From: Candidatus Giovannonibacteria bacterium
Lineage (GTDB): Bacteria; Patescibacteriota; Minisyncoccia; UBA11713; 2-01-FULL-45-33
Direction: 5' to 3'
NCBI GenBank assembly: GCA_016176295.1
Contig: JACOXN010000006.1
Location: 18,466-82,465, forward strand
DNA: 64,000 nucleotides
Shown: in pieces, positions 39,376-48,793 of the stretch
How positions within the stretch are numbered: position 1 is the first letter of the stretch
Layout of the letters: the number at the start of each line of letters is the position of its first letter
The notes under the pieces: generated by a model
The model's input: only the letters and a program-made list of their open reading frames with translations
Told to the model about the DNA's origin: nothing
Databases searched by the model: none
Position numbers and translations under genes: made by a program

Positions 39376-40452
39376 TTACAGGTTTTCCGGCGAATTTAAA
39401 AATGTACGCTGCATGGCGGAGCGTATTTTCAGCTCTGCCTCCGAAAAGGTCAAAAATCCTTTCGCGATGAAATAGGGGGAGGAGAGAGAAGTGCCCAGCG
39501 AAGAAGCGAGTTTTTGAAGTTTGTTAATATCCCTTCCTCCGATAAGAGCCTCGACGGCTTTGGGGTCGGATGTATTTTCCCAAAGCAGGGCGAAAAAGCC
39601 GGCTTCGGGTCTGATGTTTTTCATTTCCCTAAACAGCTCCGGAGCAGCCTCCGGGGATTGCCCAGTTTTCAGAAAATCTCCCTTCGGGATGAAAGACCAA
39701 AGCGTTTCGGTGTTTTTTTCGAATTCCGAGCGGGCCATGGCTCTTCCCAGAAGTTTCCAGAAGTTCTTACCCAGAAGTATTTCCTTGGCGCGCATTATTA
39801 CCCCCGAGTCTATTTTTTTTTCCAAAAGAGAACGTTTTAAGTCCAGATTTTCTTTAAGTTCGTTTTCGCTTGTTTTTTCTTCTATTTCCGAAAGTGCCCA
39901 GAGGGCGTTTACGAATTCCTCGGGTATTTCGTCAAAAAGAGCCGTTAAAACGTCGCTTATTTTGGCGGCCATGGATTTTTCCTTCGCGCTAAGTTTAACA
40001 ACTTCCCGGTGGGGGATAAGCGCTAGTATCTTTTCCAGCTCCTTTTCTTCGGGGTCTACTATCAAAAGCAGGTCAACGGGAGCGGATTCTTTTTCTATCG
40101 AGATATCGGAGGCGTTCAACGAATCAGCGCCTTTCAATATTATTTTTAGTATATCTCCTTCTTTTTCGTACTTCAGCTCGGACACGGGTATTTTCTTCGT
40201 GTCCAATTTTATCAGAATATTTTCCGGCTTTGGAAGGTTTTCGAGGTTTTTTACCACAGCCTCCGTGAACTTGCGGACATTCTCGGCATTTTCGGTTGGC
40301 TGCAGGTGTGATTTTTTTCCGAATTTAAGAAAAGCGCTGTGAAGTATGGCCGAAGACAGTGCATGGGGAGCGCTTTTTGACTTTCCGGAGACGACTGCAA
40401 CGGAGTTTACTTTCTCGAGTTCGTCTTTGAATTTTTTTAAGGCTTCAGACAT
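39376..40452 (-). CDS. Degenerate DHH/NrnA-like protein
   Basis: Overall layout resembles CPR DHH-like proteins (ELKYEKEGD, KLLGRAMAR); catalytic motifs not evident. Confidence 0.5.
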   Translation of the reverse strand: MSEALKKFKDELEKVNSVAVVSGKSKSAPHALSSAILHSAFLKFGKKSHLQPTENAENVRKFTEAVVKNLENLPKPENILIKLDTKKIPVSELKYEKEGDILKIILKGADSLNASDISIEKESAPVDLLLIVDPEEKELEKILALIPHREVVKLSAKEKSMAAKISDVLTALFDEIPEEFVNALWALSEIEEKTSENELKENLDLKRSLLEKKIDSGVIMRAKEILLGKNFWKLLGRAMARSEFEKNTETLWSFIPKGDFLKTGQSPEAAPELFREMKNIRPEAGFFALLWENTSDPKAVEALIGGRDINKLQKLASSLGTSLSSPYFIAKGFLTFSEAELKIRSAMQRTFLNSPENL

Positions 40453-40641
40453 GTGTTGTATACATTCGTAGCATATTGGTAATGACCGCAACAAGTGGAA
40501 AACTTTGTTTTTGGCTTGCCCTTGACTTTAGCATACATTAGATGTATAATCAAGGCGGAAAAAAGGCTTTTAAAATATGTCCAAATAATTTAGTCTTGAA
40601 ACCGTATCCTTTTAAAGATACGGAGAAGGGGAGAAGAAAAG

Positions 40642-41406
40642 ATGAATAAAATGGAAAAAAGGATGTATGCTGAAGTTGTTTTAGCGTTTTTTCTGACTTT
40701 GGCGGTTGTCTGTTTGGTTGCACTAGTGGTAATGCTACTGCTGCCAAACAGGGCCCACGCGTGTCAGTGGGTAAATCAGGGTGGGCGTCTCGTTCAGGTG
40801 GGTTGCCCTCAGCCATACCGAGGAGGATATGGCGGAGGATACGGCGGCGGTTATGGTGGGTTTCTCCAAGGCCTGGCCGAGGAAACGATTTATAGTCTTC
40901 CCAGCGCTATCGCCTCGGTGTACCGGAGCCATGCGGCCAAAGAGGTTGTCCTGGAGGCAATCGGAGCAAGCACCGTTCTAAAAGCTCCGGCGGCCTTGTG
41001 CGGGCAAGGCGAGGCAAGTTACGAGGGCACTAACGCTCGTGGAAAGATAAAGGCAAACAGTCGCGCTTGCGGAGCGACACCTTCCGTATCTGATTCGTAT
41101 GCAACCTCGTACGGCTACGGTCAGTCAACGAGGCAGCCACTTCCAGAGGTGGACGTCGCGAAACTTCGCGCTTTGCGCCCAATTCTTGATAGAGTAGGTG
41201 CCGATGAGGCGGAGCGGATCGCTCTCGAAAGAGCGATTCAGGAAATTCGCGACAGAAACACTCCGCAATATCCCCGCGAAACCTTACGCTCCGATGCGCG
41301 AACGCTACGTTCTCTCTATGAGCGTTTTCGGATATCCGGAGTGCAAAGCTCCGAGATGATGGTGTTGCATAGCGCCATCATTTACCTCGACCGCGCTAGC
41401 GGTTGA
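40642..41406 (+). CDS. Hypothetical membrane-anchored/secreted protein with GGY repeats
   Basis: N-terminal hydrophobic segment, RGGYGGGYGGGYGG. Confidence 0.65.
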   Translation: MNKMEKRMYAEVVLAFFLTLAVVCLVALVVMLLLPNRAHACQWVNQGGRLVQVGCPQPYRGGYGGGYGGGYGGFLQGLAEETIYSLPSAIASVYRSHAAKEVVLEAIGASTVLKAPAALCGQGEASYEGTNARGKIKANSRACGATPSVSDSYATSYGYGQSTRQPLPEVDVAKLRALRPILDRVGADEAERIALERAIQEIRDRNTPQYPRETLRSDARTLRSLYERFRISGVQSSEMMVLHSAIIYLDRASG

Positions 41407-41461
41407 GAGAAGATGAGAGAAGTCCGACTTCTCTCAATCAGAATAGTTCCCGCCGTTTTAT

Positions 41462-41491
41462 AAAAGGCATTCGAAATTTCGAATGCCTTTT
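41462..41491. terminator. Perfect 30-bp palindrome, terminator-like
   Basis: aaaaggcattcgaaatttcgaatgcctttt. Confidence 0.55.
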
Positions 41492-41498
41492 CCTTTTT

Positions 41499-41535
41499 CC
41501 CTCTCCTTCTGAAGGAGAGGGGTTGGGGGTGAGGT
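41499..41535. repeat. Family B palindromic element
   Basis: ccctctccttctgaaggagaggggttgggggtgaggt. Confidence 0.8.
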
Positions 41536-41557
41536 AAGAGGAGAGTATAATTTAAAT

Positions 41558-42025
41558 GTGCAAAAGTGCGTGGAGATATCGACCAAAAGCGATAAGGATA
41601 CGAAGGCGGTGGGAGAAATACTGGCCCGGTCTTTAATGGAGGACGGACCTCGAAAAGTTGCCACCCTGGTCAGCCTGGAGGGGGATTTGGGTGCGGGGAA
41701 AACCACGTTTGTGCAGGGCTTTGCCAAAGGCCTCGGTATTAAAGAAATTCCCAAAAGCCCGACTTTCGTTCTGATGAAAATTTTCAGGATACCCGGTAAA
41801 AAAGGGAGAAAACATTTTGAAAATCTTATTCACATGGATGTCTACCGCATCAGCGCACGGGATTTGAATGCTCTTGAATGGAGCGATTTCAGCAAAAACC
41901 CGGCCAACTTGATTCTGGTGGAATGGGGCGGCCGCATCAAAAAAGCTTTTTCAAAAAAAGTTTTAAGAGTAATTTTCGAGCACGGAAAGAACGAAAAGGA
42001 GCGGATTTTACGGATCCAGGAATAG
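41558..42025 (+). CDS. tsaE: tRNA t6A biosynthesis ATPase
   Basis: LEGDLGAGKTTF, SPTFVL, HMDVYRI, LVEWG. Confidence 0.93.
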   Translation: MQKCVEISTKSDKDTKAVGEILARSLMEDGPRKVATLVSLEGDLGAGKTTFVQGFAKGLGIKEIPKSPTFVLMKIFRIPGKKGRKHFENLIHMDVYRISARDLNALEWSDFSKNPANLILVEWGGRIKKAFSKKVLRVIFEHGKNEKERILRIQE

Positions 42026-42057
42026 CTTAAAACCCTCAAAAATACTACAATTACGAG

Positions 42058-44685
42058 GTGAACGACGGTAAAACCAAAACACTGGTCCTTTTGGACGCCC
42101 ACGCGTTGATACACCGCGCTTATCATGCGCTGCCGCATTTTACTTCCGCCAAAACCGGCGAACCAACCGGGGCTCTTTACGGTCTTTCTTCAATGCTTCT
42201 CAGGGTGACAAAAGAATTAAAACCCGATTACATGATGGCGGCCTACGACCTGCCGGAGCCGACTTTTCGCCATATCGCCTATGAAAACTACAAAGCCACG
42301 AGGAAAGAGACGGATGACGAGCTGAAATTACAGCTAGACCGCTCCCACGACGTCGTGGAGGCTTTCGGCATACCCATATTAAGCTCGCCTGGATTTGAGG
42401 CGGACGATATTTTGGGAACCATCACGGAACAAATAAAGAAAAATCCGCCGGCGGAGAAATTGAAGGTCATCATAGTTTCCGGGGATATGGATGTGCTGCA
42501 GCTCGTGGACGGCAAGGACGTACTGGTTTATACGATGAAAAGGGGAATTGAGGACACAATCACTTACGACGAGGATAAAGTTAAGGAAAGGTTCGGTTTT
42601 TCTCCTGAAATGCTTCCGGATTTCAAAGGATTGAAGGGCGACCCGTCCGACAATATAAAAGGAGTCAAAGGAGTAGGAGAAAAAACTGCCTCGGAACTGA
42701 TAAAAAAATTCGGTTCGCTGGAGCAGATGTACGTGTCGCTTAAAAAGGGCGATACCAAAGGGTTGAAAGAAAGAATAGCGAATTTGCTCCTGGAGAACGA
42801 GGCGGAAGCTTTTTTTTCAAAAAACCTGGCTACTATCCGAAAGGACGTGCCGGTGAAATTTGAGCTTCCAAAGGCCGTTTATCAGGTTAATACCGACGAG
42901 GTAAAGAATATTTTCGAAACCCTGGGTTTTTCGAGCCTGGTCCAGCGCCTGGAATTGAAACCGGCCTCCAAAGACGTGGAAATTCCCGAGGATCAGCTCG
43001 CACTTTCCTCCAGGCTGGTGGAGGAGAGCAAGGAAAAGTTCTGGGAGGATCTCGAAGCGTCGGACACTATTTTTCTGCTCTGGAACGAGGACAACTTTTT
43101 TGTGAAAGGGCTCGGACACAACTGGGTTTTTGAAGAAGATTTTTTCGGGAAGGACCGGGAAAAGTGGCAGGCTGTTTTTTCCGGAAAACTCGTCGTTTCT
43201 TTTTTGATAAAAGACCTTTTAAATATCCTGAAAAAATATTCCATAAGCAAGATAGAGCGCTCTTTCGACTGTTTTTTGGCCGCTTGGGTGGTGGAAAGCA
43301 CCATGAAAGCGCCGACCAGAGATGAAATGTTCTCTTACTTTCTGGTAAAACACGCCGGCCCCGTACCGATGGATACCATCGATATGATGCCCGACCTTTA
43401 TACAAAACTATGCACGCTTCTTAGGGAAAAGAGTCTGGAAAAGATTTTTTACCAGATAGAAATGCCCCTAGTGCCGGTTCTTGCGGAAATGGAGTATCGT
43501 GGGATCGCCATCGATTGGGATTTTATGGACAGGTTTAAAAAGGAAATATCGCAAAGGTTGTCCGTTATTGAGGAGGAAATTTATAAGCTGGCTGGCACCA
43601 AATTCAATATTAATTCTCCGTCGCAATTGGGCGAGATTTTGTTTAATAAATTGAAAATATCCAATAAGGACATTAAAAAGACAAAAACTGGAAAGATCTC
43701 AACCCGGGAGTCCGAACTTGTAAAATTGCGAGGAAAAGTTCCTTTGGCCGACAATATTCTGGAGTACCGCGAGCTTTCCAAGCTTTTAGGGACCTACATT
43801 GAGCCGCTTTCGGAGCTTTCCAAGGCTGACGGACGCATCCACACCACTTTCAACCAAACCGGCACTGTGACCGGAAGACTGTCTTCCGAGTCGCCTAATT
43901 TGCAGAATATTCCTTCGCGGAGTGAAACCGGGGCGCGGATACGCGACGCTTTCCAGGCATCCGGAGGGTTCACTTTTGTTTCTTTCGATTATTCACAGAT
44001 AGAGCTCCGGATATTGGCGGCGTTCTCCAAAGACGAGAAAATGATACAGGCGTTCAAGACCGGCACCGACATTCATGCGCTCACGGCCTCGCTCATTAAT
44101 AATGTTCCCTTGGAAAAAGTGACTTCCCGGATGAGGAGCGCCGCCAAAACCATTAATTTCGGCATAATTTATGGGATGGGTGTGAGACAGCTGGCCCAGA
44201 ATACCGGAATGACCCAGGAAGAGGCAAAAAAATTCTATGAAAAATATTTCCATGATTTTCCCAGAATACGTGCCTACATGGACGGGATAAAAACGTCCGC
44301 GAAAGAAAAAGGCTACGTTGAGACCCTTTTCGGCCGGAAGAGATTTTTTGACCTGCGCCGCATGAATAACGCCGTGCCTGCCGGCAGGCGGGGCTTTTGG
44401 GAGGCCGAAATGGAAAGAATGGCCGTCAATGCCGTTATTCAGGGTACCGACGCCGATATTGTAAAAAAGGCCATGATCGATGTAAATTCCACATTTTACA
44501 ACATGGAAATCTATCCACTTTTACAGATTCATGACGAATTGGTGTATGAAATACGCGATGATATAATGAAAAAAGCAATACCCGAGATAAAAAAGATAAT
44601 GGAAAACGCGGTAAGCCTGGCAGTTCCGCTTGTGGTAGACGTCAAAACCGGTAAAAGATTAGGGTCATTGCAGAGTAATAAATAA
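42058..44685 (+). CDS. polA: DNA polymerase I
   Basis: 5' nuclease (EADD, GDPSDNI), TGRLSS, DYSQIELR, KTINFGIIYG, QIHDELV. Confidence 0.97.
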   Translation: MNDGKTKTLVLLDAHALIHRAYHALPHFTSAKTGEPTGALYGLSSMLLRVTKELKPDYMMAAYDLPEPTFRHIAYENYKATRKETDDELKLQLDRSHDVVEAFGIPILSSPGFEADDILGTITEQIKKNPPAEKLKVIIVSGDMDVLQLVDGKDVLVYTMKRGIEDTITYDEDKVKERFGFSPEMLPDFKGLKGDPSDNIKGVKGVGEKTASELIKKFGSLEQMYVSLKKGDTKGLKERIANLLLENEAEAFFSKNLATIRKDVPVKFELPKAVYQVNTDEVKNIFETLGFSSLVQRLELKPASKDVEIPEDQLALSSRLVEESKEKFWEDLEASDTIFLLWNEDNFFVKGLGHNWVFEEDFFGKDREKWQAVFSGKLVVSFLIKDLLNILKKYSISKIERSFDCFLAAWVVESTMKAPTRDEMFSYFLVKHAGPVPMDTIDMMPDLYTKLCTLLREKSLEKIFYQIEMPLVPVLAEMEYRGIAIDWDFMDRFKKEISQRLSVIEEEIYKLAGTKFNINSPSQLGEILFNKLKISNKDIKKTKTGKISTRESELVKLRGKVPLADNILEYRELSKLLGTYIEPLSELSKADGRIHTTFNQTGTVTGRLSSESPNLQNIPSRSETGARIRDAFQASGGFTFVSFDYSQIELRILAAFSKDEKMIQAFKTGTDIHALTASLINNVPLEKVTSRMRSAAKTINFGIIYGMGVRQLAQNTGMTQEEAKKFYEKYFHDFPRIRAYMDGIKTSAKEKGYVETLFGRKRFFDLRRMNNAVPAGRRGFWEAEMERMAVNAVIQGTDADIVKKAMIDVNSTFYNMEIYPLLQIHDELVYEIRDDIMKKAIPEIKKIMENAVSLAVPLVVDVKTGKRLGSLQSNK
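44373..44393. repeat. Family A element in frame in polA (VPAGRRG)
   Basis: cgtgcctgccggcaggcgggg. Confidence 0.7.
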
Positions 44686-44719
44686 CGGCGCATCTATTAT
44701 TTACTAAAGTAATATAAAT

Positions 44720-45745
44720 ATGAGTCTTTTAAAAAAAATTATGTTTGGGCTGGCCGCGTTAATTTTAATCGGTGCAGGATATTTTTATTACGTGCGTTAT
44801 AATCAGACAAAAATTTCTCCGCCACAGGAAAAACTTTGGCGCATCGGATTTTTACTTATTGATAAAGACATTGTCGGTGGGATCATACCGGGCTCATTTA
44901 AAGAGGCCATGAAAGGCCTCGGTTATGTAGAAGAAAAAAATACGATTTATACGATTAAAGAAGCAACAGGCGGAAACGCCGGTTTGCTGGATAAATATGC
45001 GGAAGAACTGGACAACGCGGGGCTCGACGTAATAATCGTAGGAGCTACTTCCTCCGCGCGTCCGTTTAAAAAAATAGGTTTAAAAACTCCGATTTTTGTT
45101 CTTGGAATGGGAGACCCGACAGCTTTAGTCGGCAATCCGGCAAAACCGGAGGGGTTGATTACCGGAATAGGCGAAGGGGCTTTGGAGTTTAACGGAAAAA
45201 GGCTGGAGCTTCTTAAACAAATTAAACCTACAATAAAAAAAGTTGTTTCTATCGTTGACACAAATCATTCCAATACGCTGGCTACCAAGGCTAGTTTGGA
45301 AAAACCAGCCAAAGAATTAGGGTTGGAAATGACGTATTTGGAGATTTCTGACTTTTCAAATCCGAAAGAACTTTTGGAAAAACTTCCCAAACTTACAAAT
45401 AAGTTGGGTGATGCCTACATATCCTGCGCATGCCCAAGCGGTGTCCGAAATGCAAAAGAAGTGACCGAACAGTTAAAAAAGGAAAAAATGCCGTCAATCA
45501 GCGGTCAATTAAAGCCTGGAGCGGAGGAGGGCTTTCTGGCAAGTTATAGCGACCAAAGAGAAGAGCTGGTTAGACTGGCAGTAAGCAGTGTGGATCAAAT
45601 ATTAAAAGGAACGCCGGTTTCCGGTGTTCCGGTCAAATTCGTAACCACCGCTGTTTTGGAATTGAACGAGGACACCGCAAAAGCCATAGGCGTTTCCTTT
45701 TCGGAAGCGATAAAACAGCGGGCCAGTAAAATTTATGGACAATAA
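44720..45745 (+). CDS. ABC-type substrate-binding protein, subtype A
   Basis: N-terminal TM, ITGIGE, KRLELLKQ, VDQILKG.P..VPV, LELNEDTAKAIG; CxC motif. Confidence 0.85.
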   Translation: MSLLKKIMFGLAALILIGAGYFYYVRYNQTKISPPQEKLWRIGFLLIDKDIVGGIIPGSFKEAMKGLGYVEEKNTIYTIKEATGGNAGLLDKYAEELDNAGLDVIIVGATSSARPFKKIGLKTPIFVLGMGDPTALVGNPAKPEGLITGIGEGALEFNGKRLELLKQIKPTIKKVVSIVDTNHSNTLATKASLEKPAKELGLEMTYLEISDFSNPKELLEKLPKLTNKLGDAYISCACPSGVRNAKEVTEQLKKEKMPSISGQLKPGAEEGFLASYSDQREELVRLAVSSVDQILKGTPVSGVPVKFVTTAVLELNEDTAKAIGVSFSEAIKQRASKIYGQ

Positions 45746-46760
45746 AATAGTATCTGATCACATGAATATTTCAGTTAAAAAAGGAGCGATTTTTTTGGTA
45801 CTAGTTTTTGTGGCCGTCGGTTTTTACGTTTATTCGGTGAAAAATATGAATGCGAATCCGCCCAAAATAGTTTCTATTTTAACTGCTTCCGATCTGCAGT
45901 TGAGCGCGGCAGATGGGATAAAAAATGGCATGGAAGAAGCGGGTTTTAGGGAAGGCAAGGAAGTTATTTATGAAATTAGAAACCCCAAAGGCGATAAAGA
46001 ACTCGTTGCAAAAATGGCAAGAGATATTATAAACTCGAGGCCGGATGTGATCGTGCCTATTTCAACCACTGCCGCGGTAGCTATCAGGGATGCCAACAAT
46101 ATAGCGCAACTTCCGGTAGTGTTTGTGGATGTTGGAAATTTAAAACAGCTGGGAATCGTGGACGTCAAAAAACCGGGCGGTTCCATGACCGGTCTGACGT
46201 CTAACAGTCTCGCCATGGGCGGGAAAAGAGTTGAGATGCTCAAAGAGGCGGTGCCCTGGGCTCAAAATTTTGCAGTGGTGTTTAACCCCAATAGCGTGAA
46301 TTATGAAGACATAAGAAAAGTTTATGATGATGCGGCAAAAATGCTGGGCATGAAAATAACGCCGTATAACGCTTCAAGTGAAGCGGAACTTAAAACGGCT
46401 TTGGACCGCATCGCGAAAGACCAGCCCGACGGATTTCTTACTATACCTGACATGATAACGTCGGAGTATGCCACAACCATAGTTAAGGTTTTGACAGAAG
46501 CAAAAATACCTTCCATTGATTTTAATACGGAAAAAGGAGCCAAAGAGGGTTATTTGATAATGCTCGGAGTTACTAGATTTAGCATGGGGAAAGAGGGAGC
46601 TCGCCTAATCATTAAAGCGCTTAAAGGCGAAAAATTAGGGGATGTGCCCATTGAATACGCCGTCGGCCCTACAATTGAAATAAATTTGAAGACCGCCGAG
46701 GCTATAGGGGTAGAACTTCCGGATTCCGTCTTAAATAAAGCCGCTGTTATTTATAAATAA
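45735..46760 (+). CDS. ABC-type substrate-binding protein, subtype B
   Basis: ASDLQ, NPKGD, PGGSMTG, INLKTAEAIG. Confidence 0.85.
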   Translation: MDNKIVSDHMNISVKKGAIFLVLVFVAVGFYVYSVKNMNANPPKIVSILTASDLQLSAADGIKNGMEEAGFREGKEVIYEIRNPKGDKELVAKMARDIINSRPDVIVPISTTAAVAIRDANNIAQLPVVFVDVGNLKQLGIVDVKKPGGSMTGLTSNSLAMGGKRVEMLKEAVPWAQNFAVVFNPNSVNYEDIRKVYDDAAKMLGMKITPYNASSEAELKTALDRIAKDQPDGFLTIPDMITSEYATTIVKVLTEAKIPSIDFNTEKGAKEGYLIMLGVTRFSMGKEGARLIIKALKGEKLGDVPIEYAVGPTIEINLKTAEAIGVELPDSVLNKAAVIYK

Positions 46761-46779
46761 TTATTAATTTTTTAATAAA

Positions 46780-47766
46780 ATGAGCACAAAATATATTGTA
46801 GGTTTTTTGATTTTTTTAGCCGTCTTGTTAGGGGGTTGGTATTACTTTCAGACTCCACAGAAAATGTGGAAAGTCGCATTTTTGGCGCTGTCTGAAAAAG
46901 ATATCCAGTCAAATAATTTAGTGGGTTTTAAAAAAGGCATGGAAAGGCTCGGTTATATAGAAGGAAAAAATATAGAATACATCATAAAAGTAGCGAGCCG
47001 CGGGGAAGAATCCGATAAAATGGCCGCGCTGATGAACAAAGAGGAATATGACATTATTCTCACGGGTTCGACTTCGTCCACGGAGTCTTTCAAGAAGCTG
47101 CCCGATCTCGGGGCCAGAGTTTTTTTCCTGTCTGCTGGCAGGCCTGCCGACCTGGTCAAGAATTTTTCCGCTCCGGAAGGTTTCATTACGGGAATAGGCG
47201 AGCCAACGTTCGCGTTTACGGAAAAACGGATAGGTTTTTTGAAAGAATTATTGCCTTCGGTTAAAAAGATAGGAACAATTATCGAGCATGGCCATAAAAC
47301 TGCTCTGGCATCTCTCAGCGAAGTAAAGTCAGCTGCCGACAAGCTGGGTATAGAAGTCGTAGTTTATGAGATTACCACAGACAAGCGGCAGGATCTTTTG
47401 GAAAAATTACAGTTTATAAGCAAAGAGAACGGCATCGATGCGTACATTGCCTGCACCTGCGCCAGCAATGAAACTTATTCAAAAGATATAGCCGACTACC
47501 TCATTAAAGCCAAAATACCCGGGATGAACCCGGAAATAGAAATTGGAGCCAATATCGGATGGCTCGTGACTTTCAGCAATGACCGTTTGAAAGCCGGCGA
47601 GCGCGCCGCCGAAAGTGTGGATCTTATTCTGAAAGGAACGCCGATATCAAAAGTTCCGGTGGAGGTGGCGCAGGATGCTCTTTTGGAAGTAAACAAAAAA
47701 ACAGCCGAAAGTATAGGCGTGCAAATTCCGGCAGTTATCTTGGAAAGAGCCAATAAAGTTTATTAA
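46780..47766 (+). CDS. ABC-type substrate-binding protein, subtype A
   Basis: ITGIGE, IACTC, VDLILKGTP, VNKKTAESIG. Confidence 0.85.
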   Translation: MSTKYIVGFLIFLAVLLGGWYYFQTPQKMWKVAFLALSEKDIQSNNLVGFKKGMERLGYIEGKNIEYIIKVASRGEESDKMAALMNKEEYDIILTGSTSSTESFKKLPDLGARVFFLSAGRPADLVKNFSAPEGFITGIGEPTFAFTEKRIGFLKELLPSVKKIGTIIEHGHKTALASLSEVKSAADKLGIEVVVYEITTDKRQDLLEKLQFISKENGIDAYIACTCASNETYSKDIADYLIKAKIPGMNPEIEIGANIGWLVTFSNDRLKAGERAAESVDLILKGTPISKVPVEVAQDALLEVNKKTAESIGVQIPAVILERANKVY

Positions 47767-47785
47767 TTATAATTTAATTTCTAAC

Positions 47786-48787
47786 ATGGGCAAAATAAAA
47801 TTCTTATTGGTGGCGATCATTATAGCGGCAGCGGGAGCGGCATGGTGGTTTTATTTACCGAAAGCCGAAGTGGCCCCGCCGGCGGCTCGCAGGCTCGGCG
47901 TACTGCTGGCTTCCGATCTTCAGACGGCAACCGTGGACGGGATTAAGGACGGGCTTAAGGAATTGGGGTATGTTGAAGGAAAGGATTATTTATTGGATGT
48001 CAAAAACCCCAAAGGAGACAGGGAACTTACAAAAACTTACGCCAAAGAATTGGTCGCTTCCAAACCAAGCCTTTTGATTCCGGTCTCTACGACCGCTTCC
48101 AGCGCGATAAAAGAGGCGAACGCCACGGCCACGCTGCCTGTGGTGTTCGTGGACGTCGGCAGCTTGGAAAGTCTCGGTATCACAAATCTACAGCGTCCCG
48201 GCGGAACCATGACTGGGGTAGTCGTGGATAATGTGCTGGTTTCTTCCAAGCGCATGGAATTGCTTAAAGAGCTTAATCCGTCGCTTACGAATGTGGGTGT
48301 GCTGCTCAATTCCAAACATGTGAGTTACAAGACCATAAAAAGCGTCCACGACGAAAGTGCAAAGTCACTGGGTCTTGAAGTAAAATATTACGACATTACA
48401 AAAGCGGATGAACTTCCGGGCATGCTTGCCAAGATAGCAAAAGAAAAACCGCAAGCCATCATGACTACGACCGATGCCAATCTTTCCGGAAACGCCGATA
48501 TCATAGCCAAAGCCTTGAAAGATGCCAAGATACCCTCGATTGATTTCAACAGCGAGCGCGGCATAAAATCCGGCTACCTCATGGTTTACGGGGTGACCAG
48601 ATATGATACGGGTAAACAAGGTTCCTTGATGATAGACCGGGTTTTGCGCGGCCAGGCTCCGGGTGAGATTCCCATCGAGTTCGCCGGAGTTCCTGTATTG
48701 GAACTGAATGCAGCGACTGCCAAAGTCATAAACGTTACATTCCCAAATTCGCTTTTGCTCCAGGCAGAAACTATTTTAGATCAATAA
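47786..48787 (+). CDS. ABC-type substrate-binding protein, subtype B
   Basis: ASDLQ, NPKGD, PGGTMTG, IPSIDFN. Confidence 0.85.
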   Translation: MGKIKFLLVAIIIAAAGAAWWFYLPKAEVAPPAARRLGVLLASDLQTATVDGIKDGLKELGYVEGKDYLLDVKNPKGDRELTKTYAKELVASKPSLLIPVSTTASSAIKEANATATLPVVFVDVGSLESLGITNLQRPGGTMTGVVVDNVLVSSKRMELLKELNPSLTNVGVLLNSKHVSYKTIKSVHDESAKSLGLEVKYYDITKADELPGMLAKIAKEKPQAIMTTTDANLSGNADIIAKALKDAKIPSIDFNSERGIKSGYLMVYGVTRYDTGKQGSLMIDRVLRGQAPGEIPIEFAGVPVLELNAATAKVINVTFPNSLLLQAETILDQ

Positions 48788-48793
48788 TGAATA

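Noticed and set aside
39521..40342. 273-aa plus-strand ORF and similar long antisense ORFs (e.g. 18182..18817, 59806..60495)
   Set aside because: These are shadows of better-supported genes on the opposite strand, with Ser/Phe-rich antisense composition.
47131..47150. ctgctggcaggcctgccga as a family A copy
   Set aside because: Only a partial match with the arms in the wrong order; compatible with ordinary SAGRPA codons.
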